Origin: a virus
Lineage: Duplodnaviria > Caudoviricetes
IMG/VR virus record: IMGVR_UViG_3300042484_001525
Span: 1 to 35,290 of that record
Reading direction: 5' to 3' (one strand)
DNA length: 35,290 nucleotides
Positions 28,332 through 34,979 of the stretch are shown piece by piece (position 1 is the stretch's first letter; each line of letters starts with the position of its first letter). Both the position numbers and the translations under genes were made by a program. A model generated the notes under the pieces. That model ran no database searches. It saw only the letters and a list, made by a program, of their open reading frames with translations, and was not told the DNA's origin.

Positions 28332-28438
28332 GCAACTGCACAGTCTGTGATGGCATAGGTGAGATTGCCGAACTTGACCAGTTAGTCTGTATTTGTTGTG
28401 ACGGACTTGGCTCGAACTGTGTCTGTACCGTTCAGTAA
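28328..28438 (+). CDS. CxxCxGxG microprotein (36 aa, not in track)
   Basis: ATGA overlap; CTVCDGIG...CICCDGLG. Confidence 0.6.
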   Translation: MSNCTVCDGIGEIAELDQLVCICCDGLGSNCVCTVQ

Positions 28439-28591
28439 TCTAAGCGACAGCCCTGCCGAAAGGCAGGGTTGTTCGCAGCTGAAAAATTAATAAAAACAAA
28501 AGAAAACAACTAGAAGATTACTCGCGTTCCTGTTTGACTACGCTTGCCAACTATGGCAAACTTAGACTACGGGTATGCCCGTAGAAAGTAG

Positions 28592-28801
28592 GTGATTACT
28601 ATGTCCTTATACATTACCGAGTTAGATATGCGTTTCCCAAGCAACCAAGTTGCCCTATGCGACAAAATTGGTTGTGAGAGTTCAGCCGTTAGCGTCTTAT
28701 GGAGTTCCCCTAACGACCCTGAATGTTTTGTCTGTGTCCCTTGTGGAGATAGAGCAGTAAAGTTCAACAAGTTGCCTAACCCTAGACCCGTTATGCGATA
28801 G
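28592..28801 (+). CDS. Small zinc-binding protein (paralog of 27312)
   Basis: CDKIGC...SVLWSSPNDPECFVC..CG; likely start ATG 28601. Confidence 0.7.
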   Translation: MITMSLYITELDMRFPSNQVALCDKIGCESSAVSVLWSSPNDPECFVCVPCGDRAVKFNKLPNPRPVMR

Positions 28802-28880
28802 CACCAAGAGCCTAGCCCTACCTAGCAATAGGTAGGGTTAGGCAACCCCCAACGCAACACCGATAACAAGGAGAACCAAA

Positions 28881-29012
28881 ATGAACGGACTAACTTTACT
28901 AGTCGCAATCGCCGCTTTTTTTGTAGGTAGATGGTTTCAGTATCTACTAACCCAATCAAGCGATAGCAAATGGCAACGCAAGCCCGAACACAGATACAAG
29001 AACTCGAAGTAA
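28881..29012 (+). CDS. Single-TM microprotein (43 aa, not in track)
   Basis: AAGGAG RBS; MNGLTLLVAIAAFFVGRWF...basic tail. Confidence 0.6.
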   Translation: MNGLTLLVAIAAFFVGRWFQYLLTQSSDSKWQRKPEHRYKNSK

Positions 29013-29187
29013 TCACCGAGCAAAGCCTAGCCCTGCCAGAGATGGCAGGGTTAGGTTGCTCAGGTTTTCAAAAAATTAATAAAAACAAAAATAAACAATT
29101 AGAAGATTACCAGCATTCAGTTTGCTCTTGCTCGGTATCTATGAAAGAATAGTTGTGTAAGCAACATAACTACTAGGAGATGATAAA

Positions 29188-29367
29188 ATGCTACACCCAG
29201 AAACTAACCCTATGTGGCAGACTTGGTATGCCTGTAAGTATCACGGAGAATTCCACGAACTACAAAGCGAACAGCCAACCAAAAAGACAACTGCCGATTG
29301 CCCTACCTGCGAAACAGCAACATACCCTTACAACACAAATAACGGAGAAACTGAAATAAGTTTCTAG
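29188..29367 (+). CDS. Small zinc-ribbon protein (59 aa, not in track)
   Basis: AGGAG RBS; YACKYHG...CPTC. Confidence 0.65.
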   Translation: MLHPETNPMWQTWYACKYHGEFHELQSEQPTKKTTADCPTCETATYPYNTNNGETEISF

Positions 29368-29446
29368 CACCGAAACGCCTAGCCCTACTTAGCAATAAGT
29401 AGGGTTAGGCAACCCCCAACGCAACACCGACAACAAGGAGAACCAA

Positions 29447-29758
29447 GTGAGCAATTCACAAGAAAAAAGTAGCCCTATTAGTCCAAGACGACTATTAGAA
29501 GCCGAGTTTGTAGAGATGAGAAACAAGTTCTTTATTACTTGTTTAGGCGACAAGCAAGAAAAACTAGGTGAAGTGAACCTAAACACGGACTACCGATACG
29601 GACCCCAAGGCGAGTTTGTAGGTGGCACCCCCGAGTTCTACTACGACCTAGCCGCAACACTTCTTAGGTGGCTACCAGCTGAAATGCTGACCGAGCAAAT
29701 TGAAGTCTATAAGAAAAACATAGACACTCTCAACGAAATCGCCTTAGAAAATAGTTAG
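29447..29758 (+). CDS. Hypothetical protein
   Basis: AAGGAG RBS, GTG start. Confidence 0.75.
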   Translation: MSNSQEKSSPISPRRLLEAEFVEMRNKFFITCLGDKQEKLGEVNLNTDYRYGPQGEFVGGTPEFYYDLAATLLRWLPAEMLTEQIEVYKKNIDTLNEIALENS

Positions 29759-29957
29759 GTCTTACCTACACCACCGCCCTAGCCCTAGCCGAAAGGTTAG
29801 GGTTAGGTTGCTCGGTTGAAAAAATTAATAAAAACAAAATAAAACAATTAGAAGATTACGCAGTTACCAGTTTGACCTTGCTCGGTATCTATGAAAGACT
29901 TGTCTCGGGTAGCGTATCTACCCAAAGCACTACCTAACTACTAGTAGGAGAGTTCAA

Positions 29958-30179
29958 ATGAACTATTCACTTATCTTCACCCGTTTCGCCCTATCTATCT
30001 CCCTTGTTTTATCCGCTGTAATCTCAATGTTTCTTGCTAAGGAACACTATGCTCAATGGTATTTCTACGACAGCGTAAAGGACTTAGAACAGCACACCAC
30101 TTGGATTAGCGTTGCCGCAGTTTTGGTTACCCTAGCCTTTGGTAGTTTTGCTTGGACTTGGAAAGCGTTTAGAGATTAG
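29958..30179 (+). CDS. Two-TM membrane protein
   Basis: AGGAG RBS; two hydrophobic helices; last cassette of the array. Confidence 0.75.
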   Translation: MNYSLIFTRFALSISLVLSAVISMFLAKEHYAQWYFYDSVKDLEQHTTWISVAAVLVTLAFGSFAWTWKAFRD

Positions 30180-30486
30180 TCAGCACCGACAGCCCTAGCC
30201 GAAAGGTTAGGGTTGCTCGGGTTTTTGAAAAAAATTAATAAAAACAAAATAAAACAAACGCAACCTCGCTTCGCTCGGCCGCGTACAATTACCTTTCCTA
30301 GCACGCTACGCTCTACGCTACGCCCTACTGCTCCGCTTTGCTACGCTCTACGCTTTGGTCAAGCCCGCATCCGCGGTCTTTCCCTGATAGTTCGCTTCGC
30401 TCACGCTGCTTCTATGCTCGCTTCGCTCGCTTAGATGCTCGGTTATGGTATAGAATAGAACTACAGATCTTACAGAATGGACTTTT

Positions 30487-30708
30487 ATGGATCAGAGCAC
30501 CGATAAATCTGACAAGCAAGCCATAGCTTTTGTTATGGACAGGTACCAAGCTTATGTCGACAGTAAATACGATTTAAACTCCCAAGACAAGCGCGAACTG
30601 CTAGAAATCGAAGCAAATTTTAGAATCTGCGAAAAAGACCTAGATTACGAAAAACACCCTGGATTGTTCAGTTTTAGGAAGACTGCGGCCACTCTTTTAG
30701 GTATTTAA
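30487..30708 (+). CDS. Hypothetical protein
   Basis: 73-aa ORF downstream of a TGGTATAGAAT -10-like sequence. Confidence 0.55.
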   Translation: MDQSTDKSDKQAIAFVMDRYQAYVDSKYDLNSQDKRELLEIEANFRICEKDLDYEKHPGLFSFRKTAATLLGI

Positions 30709-30859
30709 ATAATAAAACCTAGATTTTTTTGCCATTTTTGTCCCTAACCATCACTTTTACCCCTTAGAATAGATATATGTAGAGTTTTGCTTTGCATACG
30801 GGAGAACCCAAACAGCAACGACCCCAGAACTAAAGATAACTGAAAGGCAAGGTCGCCAA

Positions 30860-31444
30860 ATGAAAAAGTTCACAACAATATCGCTAGCAACAGTTCTTAC
30901 TGTTGTTGGATGCTCGGCTTCAATAAGCAAAGCAACCTCCGATGATGTAATGACTAACGCAACATCAGTAACACCTGTACCAAAAACTAAGCCATCGAGC
31001 ACTACTAACCCTTTGTTGAAGAAGGCAAACGCCTTTAGAGATAAGCAAGTTAGAAACCATGCTCGAATGACTTCAATAGTTAAGTATCTAAAGACTCGAG
31101 TTAGCAAGACATCCTATGTCTTCTCTGGCTCGACTCCTTACGGCTGGGACTGCTCCGGCATGGTTCGATGGGCTTATGCTCAGTTCGGACTAGACATCCC
31201 ACACTCAGCAAACAAACAAGCTCACCTAGGTAGCAGAGTATCTCGCCCTGTACCTGGAGACATTGTCGTATTTGCTTATGCGGGTAGCACCAACTTCTAC
31301 CACTCCGCTATTTATATCGGAAATGGCAAGATAGTTCATGCTCACCAGCAACGCAAGACAACCGTAATCGAACCACTGTCTAACTACAAACGTAGTCAGA
31401 TTAGGTTTGTCCGGATAGTTGAGCAAGCCAACTGGTTACACTGA
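30860..31444 (+). CDS. Secreted NlpC/P60 cell-wall peptidase
   Basis: Signal peptide; YVFSGSTPYGWDCSG, PGDIVVF, HSAIYIGNGKIVHA (Cys-His-His intact). Confidence 0.92.
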   Translation: MKKFTTISLATVLTVVGCSASISKATSDDVMTNATSVTPVPKTKPSSTTNPLLKKANAFRDKQVRNHARMTSIVKYLKTRVSKTSYVFSGSTPYGWDCSGMVRWAYAQFGLDIPHSANKQAHLGSRVSRPVPGDIVVFAYAGSTNFYHSAIYIGNGKIVHAHQQRKTTVIEPLSNYKRSQIRFVRIVEQANWLH

Positions 31445-31471
31445 TGTAGCCATCTACAACCCTCTAACCAT

Positions 31472-31505
31472 AAAAAGCCCCTAGCTAATACCTAGGGGTT
31501 TTTTA
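31472..31505. terminator. Intrinsic (possibly bidirectional) terminator
   Basis: AAAAAGCCCCTAG...CTAGGGGTTTTTT. Confidence 0.75.
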
Positions 31506-31520
31506 TGATAGTATCCAACT

Positions 31521-31679
31521 ATGGAATACATACTCTTTTCGTTTGCGGGATGGCTATTGTTTGCTATACTGGTACTTGCCATTGGTCTAGCCACAGTATG
31601 GTTATTGTTTACCCTACTTAGCCATATCACTAGCAACTCTCAGCACGACATATTAGATAGCGAGCACAATGACCACTGA
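31521..31679 (+). CDS. Leaderless single-TM protein (52 aa, not in track)
   Basis: TGaTAGTAT -10 ends at 31514, ATG 31521; long hydrophobic N-terminus. Confidence 0.55.
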   Translation: MEYILFSFAGWLLFAILVLAIGLATVWLLFTLLSHITSNSQHDILDSEHNDH

Positions 31680-31863
31680 TCAGTTCTTATACCTACTAGC
31701 CCTAGCCATACTTTCTGGTATCCTTGTTGGAACCCTTAAAGCTTTTCTTTCTCGTATACGGTTAAAGAAGAAACTCAAAGCACCGTTACTTGGCGTTGTA
31801 CTTCCTAGTACACAAAACCTTGTATCTAAAACCCCCTCAAAACAATCTAAAACAAAAGGATAA
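31669..31863 (+). CDS. Single-TM protein with basic tail
   Basis: FLYLLALAILSGILVG followed by a Lys-rich tail. Confidence 0.6.
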   Translation: MTTDQFLYLLALAILSGILVGTLKAFLSRIRLKKKLKAPLLGVVLPSTQNLVSKTPSKQSKTKG

Positions 31864-31869
31864 CTTCTA

Positions 31870-32040
31870 ATGATTAAACTCTTAGCAATTCTAAGAAACC
31901 TTGTTTGGCCTTCTATTCTTTCTATGCTATGTATAGTCTTGGCTATCGTAGTTACTCTCGTAGACTCAAGTAACTTGGCTCTAGCCATATCCTTTGGACT
32001 ATCTTCTATAGCTTTGGCTATCTTGGCTCAAAGGGTTTAG
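31870..32040 (+). CDS. Two-TM small protein, holin-like candidate (56 aa, not in track)
   Basis: AAAGGA RBS; two hydrophobic helices; lies between NlpC/P60 and PG-binding genes. Confidence 0.55.
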   Translation: MIKLLAILRNLVWPSILSMLCIVLAIVVTLVDSSNLALAISFGLSSIALAILAQRV

Positions 32041-32053
32041 GAACCTTCTAGCC

Positions 32054-32425
32054 ATGAGCAATGATTCAAATAGATACAGAGTCCCTGTTCCTGTAGACAT
32101 CTCTAAGGTCTATGAGAACTTACCTGAACCTGCTGGCCCTGCGGTAGTTAGTAACAATCGCACTGATGATGTCAGGCTTGATGCTTGCATTTACAAGAAC
32201 ATCCATGCAAGAAAGTCTCTAACCATTCATCATCTTCAAAGACGTCTAGCCGAACTTGGCTATACGGAAGCTAGCCATGACAAAGATGGTTGGTATGGGG
32301 ATCTAACTAAGATGGCAATAGCAAAGTTTCAGGAAGATCGAGGCTTCGAATCTACCGGCATCGTTGATGCGGCTAGCTTCTTGGCGATCTTCGATGGCGA
32401 CGTAAACGTCACAACCATAGTCTAG
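32054..32425 (+). CDS. Peptidoglycan-binding domain protein
   Basis: LQRRLAELGY...DGWYGDLTKMAIAKFQ...GIVD (PG_binding_1 pattern); no catalytic domain. Confidence 0.85.
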   Translation: MSNDSNRYRVPVPVDISKVYENLPEPAGPAVVSNNRTDDVRLDACIYKNIHARKSLTIHHLQRRLAELGYTEASHDKDGWYGDLTKMAIAKFQEDRGFESTGIVDAASFLAIFDGDVNVTTIV

Positions 32426-32464
32426 CCATAAATCAAACTCGCAGGGCTGCCCGCCGCGGCCGTG

Positions 32465-34212
32465 ACTGGAGTTGAACTTTTATTTAGTTATGACTCAGAC
32501 TTTTTGACCTCAATCATTCGCTACAAAGCCTGTCGGCTTTGTCAACTTCGTTGACGCTCATGGTTGAGATCAAAAGATCTGAATCACAAGCAAAGCTTGT
32601 TTCTTCTGGGAGCATTCCTCAAAGTTGGACTGTATCTCAAGCCTGTACAATAGATAGATAAGACTTACATATACAAGACTGGAGTTGAACTTTGGCTAAA
32701 AGTTTAATGGAACAACTGGCTTTGCTTTCGCCTGAAGAGCAAGCTCTTGCTTTGAATGGGATGGACCCTGACACATTGCTATGGGACTGGTCTGTTTGGG
32801 GAAGACCTGAGCAACAGGCACCTGAGGGAGACTGGGCAATCTGGGCATACATAGCTGGTCGTGGAGCAGGCAAGACTAGGACAGCAGCTGAATGGGTAAG
32901 AGAGCAGGCCAAGTACACAACTGAAGGTCAACGTCGCTTTGCTCTTGTTGCTAGAACAGCAGCAGATGTTAGAGATGTTATTGTTGAAGGAGAGTCTGGG
33001 ATTATGAATGTCACTCCTCCTAGTGAGAGACCTTTGTATGAACCTTCTAAGAGAAGACTAACTTGGCCTAATGGAAATACTGCTACATGCTTCACAGCAG
33101 ATGAGCCTGACTCACTTCGTGGTCCTCAGTTTACTCATGCTTGGGGGGATGAGGTAGCTGCTTGGAGACAGACACCTGACGCAGCAGGTATGACTGCCTT
33201 TGACAACCTTCGTGTTGGTACTCGTCTTGGTCGTAATCCTAGAATCCTAGTAACTACTACACCTAAGAGAGTCCCTCTTCTTTATAAGTTGATTGAAGAA
33301 GCAAAGACTGGTCGAGTAGTAATCACTCGTGGTTCTACTCTTGATAACTCAGGTAACCTATCAGGAGCATATCTAGATGCAATCACAGGAGTCTATGCTG
33401 GAACTAGACTGGCTGCTCAAGAACTCTATGGAGAAATGCTTGATGATGTTGAAGGAGCATTATGGACTGAGGAACTTATTGAGAAATATAGAGAAGGCTC
33501 CCTACCTCAAGGCACTCCACTTCGTATCATTGGAGTAGACCCTTCTGTTGCTGAGAATCCTCGTGATGAATGTGGCATTGTTGTCTGTGCATCAACAGCA
33601 GACAGAGACTTATTCAAGAGACAGGCTTGGGTACTTGAAGATGCAACTGTACTTGGTTCCCCTGAGAAATGGGCTAACAAGGTTGTTGAGATGGCTCGTA
33701 AGTGGGGATGTCCAGTAGTAGCTGAGGTCAATCAAGGAGGAGCATTGGTTCGCAATGCTATCAATGCTATTGACCCTAACATCAAGGTACTTGAAGTTCA
33801 TAGCAAACATGGTAAGGCACTTCGTGCTGAACCTGTCACCCTTGCTTATGAGCAAGGGCGTATTCATCACGTTGGTTATCTGGCTGACTTAGAGTCTCAG
33901 ATGATATCTTGGATTCCAGGAGAGACTAAGTCTCCAGATAGAGTAGATGCTTTAGTTCACGCAATGACAGCGTTGTTAATCAAGCCTCCTTCTGGCTTTA
34001 CAGGAGGAAAAATCACTGCTAAGTCTGTTGCTGGAAGAAGGATAGACAATAGCAGACCTTCTAGCATCTTTAGAGTTCGCTGACCCTTCTATAACTGGAG
34101 TTGAACTTTGCTTAGCTTCTAATCTAAATCAAAAACAATGCAAAGCCTCGCATCCTCTCGTCTTTGCTTGGCAACTGCTTCGCAGTGCCTTATAAGACTG
34201 GAGTTGAACTTT
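32465..34212 (+). repeat. Four exact 16-mers ACTGGAGTTGAACTTT flanking terL
   Basis: 32465-32480, 32678-32693, 34094-34109, 34197-34212. Confidence 0.92.
32692..34083 (+). CDS. terL: Terminase large subunit
   Basis: Walker A AGRGAGKT, LRGPQF..AWGDE Walker B, TTTP coupling motif, RNase H-like IGVDP, AEVNQGG and SPDRVDA. Confidence 0.95.
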   Translation: MAKSLMEQLALLSPEEQALALNGMDPDTLLWDWSVWGRPEQQAPEGDWAIWAYIAGRGAGKTRTAAEWVREQAKYTTEGQRRFALVARTAADVRDVIVEGESGIMNVTPPSERPLYEPSKRRLTWPNGNTATCFTADEPDSLRGPQFTHAWGDEVAAWRQTPDAAGMTAFDNLRVGTRLGRNPRILVTTTPKRVPLLYKLIEEAKTGRVVITRGSTLDNSGNLSGAYLDAITGVYAGTRLAAQELYGEMLDDVEGALWTEELIEKYREGSLPQGTPLRIIGVDPSVAENPRDECGIVVCASTADRDLFKRQAWVLEDATVLGSPEKWANKVVEMARKWGCPVVAEVNQGGALVRNAINAIDPNIKVLEVHSKHGKALRAEPVTLAYEQGRIHHVGYLADLESQMISWIPGETKSPDRVDALVHAMTALLIKPPSGFTGGKITAKSVAGRRIDNSRPSSIFRVR

Positions 34213-34339
34213 TAGTTGGCAGTTGTTATCAAGTTGTTATCAAAATAGGTCAGTTTGATTTGACAGATTAGAACTTAGGCACTAAGTTAGTAAGTGTTAG
34301 GTAATCAACCTAATACAACTACTAACTAGGAGATACAAA

Positions 34340-34567
34340 ATGAAAATCTATTCACTAAGAATAACTGATACTACTACTGGCGTAAGTCCTGTCTATGAAG
34401 TCCACTCTTGGGAAAAGGCTCAGGAGATTATCAAGGCAACTCAGGAACTAACTAATAGTTATGGTCAATTCACTTGGGAACTATTTGGCAATGCTCAGGG
34501 AACTAATGACGCTGAGGAGGTCGCCTATGGGGACAGACAGGCAGAGATACGCTTAGGGCTTATCTAG
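34340..34567 (+). CDS. Hypothetical protein
   Basis: AGGAG RBS; cargo of the first second-family cassette. Confidence 0.75.
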   Translation: MKIYSLRITDTTTGVSPVYEVHSWEKAQEIIKATQELTNSYGQFTWELFGNAQGTNDAEEVAYGDRQAEIRLGLI

Positions 34568-34823
34568 TCCTAGATAGAAGATTAGTCCCCCCTAGTAATA
34601 GGGGGGCTTAGTCTATTGGGGCAGGTCAGGGGGTTAGGTCAGGGCTAGCCATAGGTCTAGCCATAAAATTCTAGGCTTGCTTGGCTAGAAAATAGTAGTT
34701 GGCAGTTGTTATCAAGTTGTTATCAAAATAGGTATGTTTCAGTTTGACTAGATTAGTGTTTGGCACTAAGTTAGTAAGTAGTTAGGTAATCGCCTAATGA
34801 ACACTACAAGTTAGGAAATGTAA

Positions 34824-34979
34824 ATGGTCAAGTTCATCAAGAAGGTCAAGTATGTAGTATCAAGTGAGTACTATGGGGCTAGAGTTTCAGGGGTCAGCGT
34901 AGTCCCTGCCTTATTCTCAACTGCTAAATGGTCAGTACTACTTTGGAATGACCCTCATCACTACAAGGACTTTAGTTAG
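34824..34979 (+). CDS. Small hypothetical protein (51 aa, not in track)
   Basis: TAGGA RBS; MVKFIKKVKYVVSSEYYG...; cargo of the second second-family cassette. Confidence 0.6.
   Translation: MVKFIKKVKYVVSSEYYGARVSGVSVVPALFSTAKWSVLLWNDPHHYKDFS

Larger units (their letters stand above)
28810..29446 (+). repeat. 70-bp hairpin plus RBS module x2
   Basis: 28810-28879 and 29377-29446 are 67/70 identical; two of the differences form a compensatory C-G to T-A pair. Confidence 0.9.
15481..30257 (+). repeat. Array of 26 dispersed ~40-bp A-rich boxes delimiting gene cassettes
   Basis: Approximate box starts: 15481, 15995, 16986, 17908, 18562, 19192, 19770, 20223, 21142, 21752, 22420, 22984, 23501, 23968, 24444, 25105, 25647, 26214, 26719, 27201, 27614 (truncated), 27745, 28482, 29070, 29819, 30228 (truncated). 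All share one orientation and the AAAATTAATAAAAACAAAA core; complete copies end in AAGATTAC (one AAGATCAC). Confidence 0.97.

Noticed and set aside
28822-29586. Two minus-strand ORFs with identical C-termini (WFSLLSVLRWGLPNPTYC)
   Set aside because: Artefact of the 70-bp duplicated hairpin/RBS module read in antisense.
15481-30257. CRISPR array interpretation of the 40-bp repeats
   Set aside because: Intervening segments are hundreds of bp, variable in length and encode genes with promoters; the repeat is not palindromic; no cas genes are seen.
15481-30257. Classical integron with attC sites
   Set aside because: No RYYYAAC/GTTRRRY-bounded imperfect palindromes and no integron integrase in the window; cassettes carry their own promoters.
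15812-30434. Track ORFs crossing the box (e.g. 15812-, 15906-, 19056-, 20073-, 21099-, 21705-, 22818-, 25427-, 27095+, 28970+, 30213+) that share FVFINF or KINKNK peptides
   Set aside because: The shared peptide is just the translated repeat; these ORFs lack RBSs and overlap better-supported genes or regulatory parts.
30790-30859. c-di-AMP (ydaO) riboswitch upstream of NlpC/P60
   Set aside because: The context is suggestive, but the region is too short and I cannot find the conserved ydaO motifs; only a weak CGACC/GGTCG stem is visible.
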